Below, piece after piece: positions 39,083 through 48,793 of a stretch of 64,000 nucleotides of DNA. The DNA lies in NCBI GenBank assembly GCA_024636855.1, contig JAGXGG010000060.1, forward strand, positions 36,126 to 100,125, in the 5' to 3' direction. The stretch comes from Ignavibacteriota bacterium. GTDB taxonomy: Bacteria; Bacteroidota; Ignavibacteria; Kapaibacteriales; UBA2268. Within the stretch, counting starts at the first letter, position 1. The number at the start of each line of letters is the position of its first letter. The position numbers were made by a program, and so were the translations under genes. A model generated the notes under the pieces. The model saw nothing but the letters and a program-made list of their open reading frames with translations. It was not told the DNA's origin and ran no database searches.

Positions 39083-40598
39083 CTACAACTGATTCTACAG
39101 CGTCTAATATTTCGTTTGATCTTACTAAATCTGTAATAGTATTATGATCATTATACAAAGGTCTATCTACATCAAGGTACTCAATGTATTTTCTAATAAC
39201 TTCGAAAGCCTTTGCAACACCGTCGCCATATTTGAAATCTCTGAAGTCTAGGGCTTGTGCTGCAGCAAAAAACTCGATTCCTATGATGCTATGAGCATTT
39301 TCTAAGATTTGTTTATTCTTTAATGCAGTATTCATTCCCATAGAAACAAAATCTTCTTGATCGGCAGCAGCAGGTATAGATTGTACAGAAGCTGGAGCAG
39401 ATAACATTCTTTGTTCAACTATTAAAGTATCTGCAGTGTACTGACTTAACATTAACCCACTATACAATCCAGCTTTATCTGTTAAGAAACTAGGTAATCC
39501 TTGACTAAGAGCTGGATTAAGCAATCGATTCAATCTTCTTTCAGAAAGTACAGATATCATTGTAATAGCTGCACCAGCTGAATCCATTGGTAATGAGACA
39601 GGTGATCCTTGGAAATTAGCACCAGATAATACTTCATTATCATCAGGGAAAAATATCGGATTATCTCCAACACCATTTAATTCTATTTCTACTTGTTCTT
39701 GAGCCCATCTGATAGCATCTCTTGCTGCCCCAATGACTTGTGGGCTAGAACGCATAGAGTAAGCATCTTGTACTTTTGTTTTTATTTTACCAGTAATTAG
39801 GTCACTACCCTCTAAACATTTTCTGATGGAGATTGCGCTCTTCACTGCTCCTTGGAATCCACGAACTTCATGCAACTTTTTACTGTATGGTTTCATATTT
39901 GCCATTAATGCTTCTAATGACATAGCAGCTGCTATTTCTGAGTGCTTTATTAATTTTTTGAAGTCATACAAATGAATGGCACTCATAGCTGTCAATAAAT
40001 TTGAACCGTTAATAAATGCTAATCCATCTCTAGCTTTCAAACCCGGAATAGGTATTCCTGCACGTTCAAATGCTTCTTTACCTGGTAACAATTCACCTTG
40101 GTAGTAAGCTTGACCTTCTCCTAACATAAGCAAAGCAGCCTGTGCCATTGGAGCTAAATCTCCACTTGCACCTACAGATCCTTTCTGACAAACGAAAGGA
40201 GTAACACCCTTGTTAAGCATTTCAACTATTGTTTGAGTAATTTCTAGTCTGCAACCACTGTTCCCATTAGAATGAACATTTATTCGACCTGCTAAAGCTC
40301 CACGAACATATTCTATTGGAGCAGGGGCACCAATTCCAGCTGAATGATTGTATATTAGGTTCTTTTGAAATTGTTCTAATTGCTCATCATTTAATACTAT
40401 TTCTGAAAATTCACCAATTCCTGTATTAACGCCATACATAACCACATTTGCTTTGATCTTAGATTCTAGAAACAAGCGGCATTTTTTAATTTTTTCGACA
40501 CTATCATCTGCTATTTTTACTTTTGCATTGTTGCGTGCTATATCTACAATTGCATCTATTGTTAGACTTTTGCCATTCAATTGATATACTTTTGACAT
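39063..40598 (-). CDS. hutH: Histidine ammonia-lyase (aromatic amino acid lyase family, MIO cofactor)
   Basis: 511 aa. MIO-forming GSVGASGDLAPM, YGVNTGIG, and a His-containing NHSAGIG segment consistent with HAL rather than PAL/TAL. Confidence 0.8.
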   Translation of the reverse strand: MSKVYQLNGKSLTIDAIVDIARNNAKVKIADDSVEKIKKCRLFLESKIKANVVMYGVNTGIGEFSEIVLNDEQLEQFQKNLIYNHSAGIGAPAPIEYVRGALAGRINVHSNGNSGCRLEITQTIVEMLNKGVTPFVCQKGSVGASGDLAPMAQAALLMLGEGQAYYQGELLPGKEAFERAGIPIPGLKARDGLAFINGSNLLTAMSAIHLYDFKKLIKHSEIAAAMSLEALMANMKPYSKKLHEVRGFQGAVKSAISIRKCLEGSDLITGKIKTKVQDAYSMRSSPQVIGAARDAIRWAQEQVEIELNGVGDNPIFFPDDNEVLSGANFQGSPVSLPMDSAGAAITMISVLSERRLNRLLNPALSQGLPSFLTDKAGLYSGLMLSQYTADTLIVEQRMLSAPASVQSIPAAADQEDFVSMGMNTALKNKQILENAHSIIGIEFFAAAQALDFRDFKYGDGVAKAFEVIRKYIEYLDVDRPLYNDHNTITDLVRSNEILDAVESVVGDLDVE

Positions 40599-40609
40599 AA
40601 TTACCTCAT

Positions 40610-41815
40610 TTATTCTGCTAATTTAAGAAAACCATCTGTTAACCAATTAGCTATTGCCTGTCTATTATTTTTTTCTACTAATCTTATTTGATCTTGTTCA
40701 TTTTGTATGTTTCCAAGTTCTATATATACCGTAACTGGAACAGTATTGCGAAGCATATATAAACCTCTTGCCGAAACAGACCCATTATAGCCTCTTCCGG
40801 GTTGTGCAGCTCTATATTTCTCTTCAATCGTCCCTAGTAGAGTACTTGCTATTACTTTTCCTCTCTCAGAATTTTGGTTGTGATAGAAAAATATATCTAT
40901 TCTTCTACTTTTATTCTCTCTACTATCAACATGAATAGGAACAACAATGTGTTCTTTTGCACTATTTTTGTTTTTATAATACTCATTATTTATTATTTCA
41001 ACTCTCTTTCTAAGTCTTGCTAATTGATTTCGGGGAATTTCTTGATCTCCATAATATACTTCTTTGAAACTATTATTCAAATAAACATCATCACGAATAC
41101 CATCTTCTTTATCCTGAACTATTATCTTAACGGTTGCTCCTTGTTCCATTAAGTTTTTAGCTAATCTTAGAATAATATCATAAGCATATTCATCTTCATG
41201 TAGTTCGTTGCCATATCTCCTCCCAATTGCACCAGGATCCGGACCGCCATGTCCACCAACTAAATAATATATATTATCTTTTAGATTGTGACTAATCTCT
41301 TTAACTTCTTTGTATCTTTCTCCGAATAAAGGCTCAATGTAAGTCTGCAAACCACTTTTCTTTGTTTTTGTTACAATACTATTATTAGTAACTATATTCT
41401 CACCCTCTTTCAAATAGAATGTAATATCAGGGACCCAAAGTTCTTTATTAATTCTATAATTATTGCTTTTTATACCTTTTGAGAAAAGTAAATCATTGTA
41501 ATCTTGTATAGTAACTGCGTAGTCATAGTCAGAGTTTCCGATACTAGACCTTATAGATTTACCATTATACTCAAATAAGTGTATAGGTAATTTATATTTA
41601 ACACCTAAATATAATGAGTTACTAGAACCCAATTTAGATTGATTCAAACTATTAAATACAGAGACATTTTGTTCAGTATAATCTAATCGATAACGTTGGA
41701 ATATAGTCTTAAGACCATCCCCATTCTGTGGAAGTATCTCTAGATACTCCGTACTTAACATTGGTAAGACGTTAATTAATACAACTACAAATATAATTCT
41801 AATTATTTTCATCAA
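40610..41815 (-). CDS. N-acetylmuramoyl-L-alanine amidase (Amidase_3) with N-terminal LysM-like/unknown domain
   Basis: Signal peptide. The C-terminal half has GGHGGPDPGA, EDEYAYDI, HVDS and ELGNIQN, which are Amidase_3 motifs. Confidence 0.8.
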   Translation of the reverse strand: MMKIIRIIFVVVLINVLPMLSTEYLEILPQNGDGLKTIFQRYRLDYTEQNVSVFNSLNQSKLGSSNSLYLGVKYKLPIHLFEYNGKSIRSSIGNSDYDYAVTIQDYNDLLFSKGIKSNNYRINKELWVPDITFYLKEGENIVTNNSIVTKTKKSGLQTYIEPLFGERYKEVKEISHNLKDNIYYLVGGHGGPDPGAIGRRYGNELHEDEYAYDIILRLAKNLMEQGATVKIIVQDKEDGIRDDVYLNNSFKEVYYGDQEIPRNQLARLRKRVEIINNEYYKNKNSAKEHIVVPIHVDSRENKSRRIDIFFYHNQNSERGKVIASTLLGTIEEKYRAAQPGRGYNGSVSARGLYMLRNTVPVTVYIELGNIQNEQDQIRLVEKNNRQAIANWLTDGFLKLAE

Positions 41816-42007
41816 TTATGGTATTTTATTAGCTACTAATTTAAAAAATCAATTATGTATCAAAGAACAATAAGTTCTTATTTATCGAATTGTTGATAAT
41901 TAATATAGATTCAATTAATAAGTTGTCAAGAAATTGCTCTAAATCTCGAATAATTGCTATTTTGTGTCTTTAAAAATGTCAAATAAGTAAAATATAGAAT
42001 TATAATA

Positions 42008-43414
42008 ATGGATTTGTTAGAAAAGATAATTTCGCTATCGAAAAGAAAAGGGTTTGTATTCCAATCATCTGAAATTTATGGTGGATTAAATGGATGTTGG
42101 GATTTTGGACCATTAGGTGTCGAATTGCTAAAAAACATTAAAGATGAATGGTGGAAAGCAATGACATACAGAGATAATATAGAAGGACTTGATGCAGCTA
42201 TTCTAATGCATCCACGTACATGGGATGCTTCAGGACATACAGTCCAGTTTTCTGACCCAATGATTGATAATAAAACTACAAAGAAAAGATTTAGAGCAGA
42301 TAACCTAATAGAAGAAGAAATACAGAAATTACTAAAAAAAGGTAAGACTGAAAAAGCTGAAGAACTTCAGAATAAGTTAGAATCTGCCCAGAATAATGAA
42401 GATTATTATAACATAATAATAGAATCAGATATCCATGACAATGGAAGTAGAGAATGGACTGACGTTAAGAATTTTAACCTTATGTTCAAGACATTTGTGG
42501 GTCCTGTGGAAGATTCTTCTAATACTGTATACTTGAGACCAGAAACTGCTCAAGGTATATTTGTCAATTTCAAAAACGTAATGGAATCGGGTAGACAAAA
42601 AGTACCATTTGGTATTGCTCAGATTGGTAAAGCGTTTAGAAATGAAATAAATACTAAAAATTTTTTATTTAGAACTCGAGAATTCGAACAAATGGAGATG
42701 CAGTATTTTGTGAAACCAGGTACTGAGAAAGAGAATTTCGAACATTGGCAAAAAGAAAGATGGGACTGGTACGTTAGTTTGGGTATGAAAGAAGAAAACC
42801 TTCGTTGGCACAATCATGAGAAACTAGCACACTATGCAAACTTTGCATCAGATATAGAATTCAAATTTCCTTTTGGTTTCGGAGAAATGGAAGGAGTCCA
42901 TTCTCGAACAGATTTTGATTTACTAAAACATCAAGAGTATTCGGGTAAAAAATTAGAATATGTAGATACAGTTAACGGAGATAGATTTGTTCCTTATGTT
43001 ATTGAAACTTCAGGAGGTGTATCACGTTCATTTATGGCATTCTTATGCAATGCCTATGAAGAAGAAATAATAAAAGACGGTGATAAAGAAGATACTCGAA
43101 CTGTGTTAAGATTTCATAAAAAATTAGCTCCGATAAAAGCAGCTGTATTTCCATTGGTAAAAAAAGATGGAATGCCTGAAATAGCAAAAGATATATATAA
43201 TCAAATACAAACTACATACAAAGCCCAATACGATGAATCAGGGGCAGTAGGTAGAAGATACAGAAGACAAGATGAAATAGGGACACCTTATTGTATTACT
43301 GTTGATGGTCAATCAGTTGAAGATGGTACTGTTACAATCAGAGATAGAGATACTATGGAACAAATTAGAATTCATAAAGATACTGTACTATCTTATTTAA
43401 AAAATAATATTTAA
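42008..43414 (+). CDS. glyQS: Glycine--tRNA ligase (homodimeric type)
   Basis: 468 aa. Class-II motifs including RPETAQGIFVNF and FRNEI, and a C-terminal anticodon-binding domain. Confidence 0.95.
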   Translation: MDLLEKIISLSKRKGFVFQSSEIYGGLNGCWDFGPLGVELLKNIKDEWWKAMTYRDNIEGLDAAILMHPRTWDASGHTVQFSDPMIDNKTTKKRFRADNLIEEEIQKLLKKGKTEKAEELQNKLESAQNNEDYYNIIIESDIHDNGSREWTDVKNFNLMFKTFVGPVEDSSNTVYLRPETAQGIFVNFKNVMESGRQKVPFGIAQIGKAFRNEINTKNFLFRTREFEQMEMQYFVKPGTEKENFEHWQKERWDWYVSLGMKEENLRWHNHEKLAHYANFASDIEFKFPFGFGEMEGVHSRTDFDLLKHQEYSGKKLEYVDTVNGDRFVPYVIETSGGVSRSFMAFLCNAYEEEIIKDGDKEDTRTVLRFHKKLAPIKAAVFPLVKKDGMPEIAKDIYNQIQTTYKAQYDESGAVGRRYRRQDEIGTPYCITVDGQSVEDGTVTIRDRDTMEQIRIHKDTVLSYLKNNI

Positions 43415-43419
43415 ATTAA

Positions 43420-45057
43420 TTGAAATTTATAAAATACATATTATTATTTCTAATTCCTTTAGCATTGATAAGTGCGAAAAAGGATGATAAGTATTTCGAC
43501 ATTTATAACTCTCTTAATACATTTGGACGAGCATACGAACAGCTTAATATTGGCTATGTCAGTGATGTTAATCCAAATGAACTCATAAAACAGTCTATAA
43601 TAGGAATGGTTTCTGAGTTAGATCCATATACTAGATATGAAGAGAATGAAGGTGAGTCACAATCAGATTATCTTTCAACTGGCTATTATATTGGGTTTGG
43701 ATTCACTGTAGATAAAGTTAATTCGAAAAACACAATTGTAAAAGTAGTTGAAAATTATCCTGCAGATAAAGCTGGTTTGAGAATCGGAGATGAACTGATT
43801 TCAATTGATAGTATTTATGTAGGTAAGTTAAACCAAGACTCTTTAAGAAAAATATTAGTTGGCAAATCTGGAATAAAGGCATTATTTAGATATTATAGAT
43901 TAGGCAACAAAGATACAAACGAAGTAGAAATAGCAAGAACAGAAGTCGTTATAAAAGATGTCCCATTCCAAAAAATCATTAAAGACTCTATTGCTTATAT
44001 TAAATTAGATCAATTTTCTGTAAAAGCAGATTTTGCATTTAGAAAAGCATTGAGAGAATTAGAATACGAAGGTAAATTTAATTCATTAATTATAGATTTG
44101 AGAGATAATCCTGGTGGTGTTTTACAAGCATCTATTAGAATTCTTGAGCTTTTCGTTCCAGAAAATACTTTACTTCTTACCACACGTGGCAAATTAAAAG
44201 AAAATTCACAGGACTATTATTCAAGAACTGAACCTCTTTACCCCGACTTAAAAGTAGCAATATTAATTAATGATAATAGTGCATCTGCTAGTGAAATAGT
44301 AGCTGGGGCTTTCCAAGATACAGATAGGGGAGTCGTAATTGGAAGAAAATCATTTGGAAAAGGATTAGTTCAACAGACATTGCCTCTCGATGAGAATTCG
44401 AAGTTAAGAATGACTATAGCAAAGTATTATACACCTTCTGGACGTTGTATTCAGAAGCTAGATTACAATATTGAGAAGAATAAATACGACTTATCATCTT
44501 CTATATTATTTAAAACAAAGAATGGAAGAACTGTAAATAAAGAGGATGGCATCAGTCCAGATAAAAATGTGAATAAGAAAGATTACCCTGAAATCATTAA
44601 TAATTTGATAAAGAGTGATATCATCTTTAATTTTGCAGTTATGCACTCTGCCAAATATGAAAAATCTTTTGAAAATTACAAATTGAAGGTAGATGAATTT
44701 CATAAATTCTTAGATTTCTTAAATGAAGAGAAAAGATATTATAAATTTGATGAATTAAAACTAATAGAGGATTTGTCAAATAGAAAATATAAAGATGTTA
44801 TTTCGTCACAGTCACAAGACAACTTAACGGTTCTAGAAAGTTCTTTAAAATCAGATATTAAAAAGAATATAATTGAGAATAAAACTCTAATTATTGAATT
44901 GATTAATGAAATGTCAACATATATTCTTAAAGGTAGGGAATTTACTTTCTTTGAGAATATAGACACTGATGAATATATAATAGAAGCTATTAATTCATTA
45001 TCAGATAAATATGATACTATATTGAATGCTAATGTTTTAAATAAAAAAGAAAACTAA
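43420..45057 (+). CDS. S41 family C-terminal processing peptidase with PDZ domain
   Basis: TTG start and signal peptide. PDZ segment (AGLRIGDELISID), S41 core DLRDNPGG, NDNSASASEIVAG (Ser) and SFGKGLVQ (Lys). Confidence 0.85.
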   Translation: MKFIKYILLFLIPLALISAKKDDKYFDIYNSLNTFGRAYEQLNIGYVSDVNPNELIKQSIIGMVSELDPYTRYEENEGESQSDYLSTGYYIGFGFTVDKVNSKNTIVKVVENYPADKAGLRIGDELISIDSIYVGKLNQDSLRKILVGKSGIKALFRYYRLGNKDTNEVEIARTEVVIKDVPFQKIIKDSIAYIKLDQFSVKADFAFRKALRELEYEGKFNSLIIDLRDNPGGVLQASIRILELFVPENTLLLTTRGKLKENSQDYYSRTEPLYPDLKVAILINDNSASASEIVAGAFQDTDRGVVIGRKSFGKGLVQQTLPLDENSKLRMTIAKYYTPSGRCIQKLDYNIEKNKYDLSSSILFKTKNGRTVNKEDGISPDKNVNKKDYPEIINNLIKSDIIFNFAVMHSAKYEKSFENYKLKVDEFHKFLDFLNEEKRYYKFDELKLIEDLSNRKYKDVISSQSQDNLTVLESSLKSDIKKNIIENKTLIIELINEMSTYILKGREFTFFENIDTDEYIIEAINSLSDKYDTILNANVLNKKEN

Positions 45058-45112
45058 TCCAATTGGGTTAGTATTAAAATAGTAAACAATTTAATTACTT
45101 AATTGAAGTAGT

Positions 45113-45976
45113 ATGAGAATAACCAAACAATATACAAATCGTGAGTCACAATCACTTGATAAATACCTTCAAGAGATTGGCAAAGTCGATTTGATAACAG
45201 CAGAAGAAGAAATAGAATTAGCTCAACTGATAAAAAAAGGCGGTGTACCAGGTATGCGTGCTTTGGAAAAAATGGTAAAAGCTAATCTTCGTTTCGTAGT
45301 CTCTGTAGCTAAACAATACCAAAATCAAGGTTTATCATTGGGTGACTTGATTAATGAAGGTAACTTGGGTCTAATAAAAGCAGCGAAACGATTTGATGAA
45401 ACTAGAGGATTCAAATTTATTTCCTATGCTGTATGGTGGATTAGACAGTCTATACTTCAAGCATTAGCTGAGCAATCAAGAATCGTAAGATTACCTCTCA
45501 ATAGAGTTGGTGCTTTGAACAAAATTGGAAAGAAATTTTCAGAATTAGAACAAGAGTTTGAAAGAGAACCAACGGCTACCGAACTAGCTGATGAACTCGA
45601 GATGAGTATTTCTGAGATAACAGAGACAATCAAAATATCTGGAAGACATTTATCAGTTGATGCACCTTTTGTTCAAGGTGAAGACAATAGTTTATTGGAT
45701 GTATTACCTAACGAGCAACAACCTCCACCAGATACTGATTTGATGCAGGAATCATTGAGAACTGAAGTAAAACAAGTACTTACTACTTTATCAGAAAGAG
45801 AAGCAGAAGTAATAAAGCTTTATTTTGGAATAGATGGTAATAGTCTTACATTAGAAGAAATAGGTGAGAAGTTTAATTTGACAAGAGAAAGAGTAAGACA
45901 AATAAAAGAAAAAGCTATTCGAAGACTAAGACATCAGTCAAGGTCAAAATCACTAAGGACTTTTTTAGGTCAATAG
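45113..45976 (+). CDS. rpoD: RNA polymerase primary sigma factor (short, Bacteroidetes-type RpoD)
   Basis: 287 aa. Regions 1.2-4.2 are present ([52 protein letters not shown]) and there is no region 1.1. Confidence 0.9.
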   Translation: MRITKQYTNRESQSLDKYLQEIGKVDLITAEEEIELAQLIKKGGVPGMRALEKMVKANLRFVVSVAKQYQNQGLSLGDLINEGNLGLIKAAKRFDETRGFKFISYAVWWIRQSILQALAEQSRIVRLPLNRVGALNKIGKKFSELEQEFEREPTATELADELEMSISEITETIKISGRHLSVDAPFVQGEDNSLLDVLPNEQQPPPDTDLMQESLRTEVKQVLTTLSEREAEVIKLYFGIDGNSLTLEEIGEKFNLTRERVRQIKEKAIRRLRHQSRSKSLRTFLGQ

Positions 45977-45994
45977 ATAATATTAAGGAAATAT

Positions 45995-46939
45995 ATGCAG
46001 CAAATTGATATACCGGTTCTTACAAAACCGAAATTAGAAGATAAAGTTAAGATTCCTCAATTCAAAAATAACAATAGAAATAACCCCGAGTTAAAAACTA
46101 CTCGTGGTAAAAGACCAGAATGGTTAAAAGTTCAAGCTCCAGGGGGAGATAGTTTTGCAAATATAAAGAAGATGATGAGATCGAAATCACTTCATACTGT
46201 TTGTGAAGAAGCTAGATGTCCAAATATAGGTGAATGTTGGGGTAGTGGTACTGCAACCTTTATGATTCTTGGTGATACATGTACTCGTGCATGTAGCTTT
46301 TGTGCTATAAAAACAGGAAGACCTGGTACACTTAACTGGGAAGAGCCAAATGATGTTGCTAGATCTGTGAAAGAGATGCAGTTAAAGCATGCAGTAGTTA
46401 CATCTGTAAATAGAGATGAGTTGAAAGATCAAGGATCTACTTTATGGGCAAAAACTATTGAAAAAATAAAAGAAGAGAACCCAACAACGACCGTTGAAGT
46501 TCTTATACCTGATTTTAAAGGGGACATGGAGTGTCTGAAAAGAGTTACTGATGCTAAACCAGATGTTCTGAACCATAATATAGAAACAGTTCCTCGTTTA
46601 TATAGAATAGTTAGACCTCAAGCAAGGTATCAAAGATCACTCGATTTACTTGAAGAAGCAAAAAGATTAGGAATGAGAACTAAGACTGGAATAATGGTTG
46701 GAATTGGCGAAACAGATGAAGAGGTTTATGAATTGATGAAAGATTTGGTAAAAATCAAAGTCAATGTCTTCACAATTGGACAGTATTTACAACCATCTGT
46801 TAAACATTCACCTGTAGATAGATTTGTTCACCCTGATACTTTCAAAAAATATAAGGAAATAGGGGAGGCAATGGGTATCGAGTATGTAGAGTCAGGACCA
46901 TTAGTACGTTCTTCCTATCATGCTGAAAGACATGTCTGA
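45995..46939 (+). CDS. lipA: Lipoyl synthase
   Basis: CEEARCPNIGECW and radical-SAM CTRACSFC cluster motifs. Confidence 0.95.
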   Translation: MQQIDIPVLTKPKLEDKVKIPQFKNNNRNNPELKTTRGKRPEWLKVQAPGGDSFANIKKMMRSKSLHTVCEEARCPNIGECWGSGTATFMILGDTCTRACSFCAIKTGRPGTLNWEEPNDVARSVKEMQLKHAVVTSVNRDELKDQGSTLWAKTIEKIKEENPTTTVEVLIPDFKGDMECLKRVTDAKPDVLNHNIETVPRLYRIVRPQARYQRSLDLLEEAKRLGMRTKTGIMVGIGETDEEVYELMKDLVKIKVNVFTIGQYLQPSVKHSPVDRFVHPDTFKKYKEIGEAMGIEYVESGPLVRSSYHAERHV

Positions 46940-47723
46940 TGATAATAAATTTGAATTAAAATTATTAGGTACAGGGACTTCAACTGGAGTCCCTACCATT
47001 TCTTGTACTTGCCCAACCTGCATTTCGACAGACCCAAAAGATAAACGACTTCGCTGTTCAGCACTTATTTCATTTAATAATAAGAACATTATTATAGATA
47101 CTGGTCCGGACTTTAGACAGCAATTCCTAAATTATCAAATAAAAAAAATAGATTCTGTTATTTATACGCATCATCATTTTGATCATATTGGTGGATTCGA
47201 TGATATCCGTGGTATTAATTTTACTTCGAAAAGTAAGCTCCCAATTTATCTTAATTCTGAGACCTTAGACAATCTTTCTAGAATATTTTCTTATGCATTC
47301 AGGGATTATAATGAAACTGGAGGAGGAATACCGATGGTGGACGTAAATTTAATTTCTGAAGGCGAATTCTATATCGATAGTTTGAAAATTACTATATTAC
47401 CATTGATGCATGGATCGCTTGAAGTATTAGGATTTCGAATAGGAAATATTGCTTATTGTACTGATACAAACTTCATCCCTGAAAGTACACTTGAGTTAAT
47501 GAATAATTTAGATGTATTAATATTAGATGGGTTAAGGCCAAAACCACATAAAACTCATTTTAATTTGGAACAGGCCATAGAACAAGCAAAAAAAATAAGC
47601 TCTAAGCAAACTTTTCTCACTCATATAGCCCATCAAATTAAACATTCTGATGTTGAGCCTACATTACCAGATGGTATTAATTTAGCTTATGATGGATTAA
47701 CAATTAGAGGTAATATAAAATGA
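46920..47723 (+). CDS. MBL-fold metallo-hydrolase (PhnP-like)
   Basis: 267 aa. N-terminal Cys cluster (CTCPTC) and THHHFDHIGG metal motif. 20-nt overlap with lipA. Confidence 0.8.
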   Translation: MLKDMSDDNKFELKLLGTGTSTGVPTISCTCPTCISTDPKDKRLRCSALISFNNKNIIIDTGPDFRQQFLNYQIKKIDSVIYTHHHFDHIGGFDDIRGINFTSKSKLPIYLNSETLDNLSRIFSYAFRDYNETGGGIPMVDVNLISEGEFYIDSLKITILPLMHGSLEVLGFRIGNIAYCTDTNFIPESTLELMNNLDVLILDGLRPKPHKTHFNLEQAIEQAKKISSKQTFLTHIAHQIKHSDVEPTLPDGINLAYDGLTIRGNIK

Positions 47724-48130
47724 TAAAAATCAGAGTAGATTATTTGGGTGATCTTTATTGCAATGTAGTTCATACTCCATCGGGTAATTCGTTCAAAACA
47801 AATGCTCCAATTGATAATAAAGGTAAGGGAGACTTTATTTCTCCCACTGATTTAGTAGCAGCATCAATTGCTTCTTGCGTAACAACTATAATGGGTATTA
47901 AAGCACAGGACAAAGGAATTGATATCAAAGGTATGAATATTACTGCATCTAAGATTATGACTGAAGTCCCATTCAGACGAATTGAAAAGTTGATATTGGA
48001 TATTACTTTTCCAAACAAATTAAATGACGAAAATTTTAAGTTATTATCTAATGTTGTGAAGACTTGTCCGGTAACTAGAAGTCTAACTTCAGAAATAAAA
48101 CTTGAATATAATTTCAATTTTGCTGAATAA
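47720..48130 (+). CDS. OsmC family protein
   Basis: 136 aa. DLVAASIASCVTT and VKTCPV, the two conserved Cys contexts of OsmC/Ohr. ATGA overlap with the upstream gene. Confidence 0.75.
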   Translation: MIKIRVDYLGDLYCNVVHTPSGNSFKTNAPIDNKGKGDFISPTDLVAASIASCVTTIMGIKAQDKGIDIKGMNITASKIMTEVPFRRIEKLILDITFPNKLNDENFKLLSNVVKTCPVTRSLTSEIKLEYNFNFAE

Positions 48131-48205
48131 GATTACCTAATCTGTGTTAGTTTTTTTATATTTGTTTCTAATTATAAAACCAATGTTAATATTTGGAATA
48201 GAACT

Positions 48206-48766
48206 ATGAAAATCAAAGAAGTATTAAGTTCAAATCAATCAATTGAGAAAACAGTTGAAATTGCAGAAAATTTAAAAAACGATTTTATAGAAGAGACAAT
48301 TAAGTTTGTTCCTCAATGGTACGAAAGCATTTTAAATAAATTTATACTCACTTTCCCACCTGCGGCAGATAAATTAACTGTAGAACATATAAAAAATATG
48401 AAGAAAGAGTTAAAACTATTACAAGATTCAATTCATATTGAATTAACTGATATTTTAACTAGAGACCAATACTGGTGGCATTCAGGACAGATTACTGAAG
48501 TACCTCGTGATTTCTATAAGGATATTGATAATTTATTAGATTTCGATTTGAGAGTATTATTTGGTAAAATCGGTGATGTCCTTGAAGAATATGGGTTTAT
48601 TAAGAAAAACCATTTCGATGGTGATAAAGGTTTCGTTTCTCATAAGGACGGTAGTAACAAATATTATTTTGAATATGTTTATCCAATCTATTGGTCAGAT
48701 ATGATGAAAAGAAGAATGGATAATTATTGGGAGAATTATAAATACTACTTATCCATAAAAAAGTAA
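48206..48766 (+). CDS. Hypothetical cytoplasmic protein
   Basis: 186-aa ORF with no signal peptide, TM segment or motif I recognise. Trp/Tyr-rich C-terminal half. Confidence 0.5.
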   Translation: MKIKEVLSSNQSIEKTVEIAENLKNDFIEETIKFVPQWYESILNKFILTFPPAADKLTVEHIKNMKKELKLLQDSIHIELTDILTRDQYWWHSGQITEVPRDFYKDIDNLLDFDLRVLFGKIGDVLEEYGFIKKNHFDGDKGFVSHKDGSNKYYFEYVYPIYWSDMMKRRMDNYWENYKYYLSIKK

Positions 48767-48793
48767 TTCACTTACAAATAAGCAGAAATAAAA

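Noticed and set aside
47770-48117. 115-aa minus-strand ORF nearly coextensive with the OsmC gene
   Set aside because: The plus-strand frame carries both conserved OsmC/Ohr cysteine contexts and is coupled by an ATGA overlap to the upstream gene. The antisense translation has no recognisable features.
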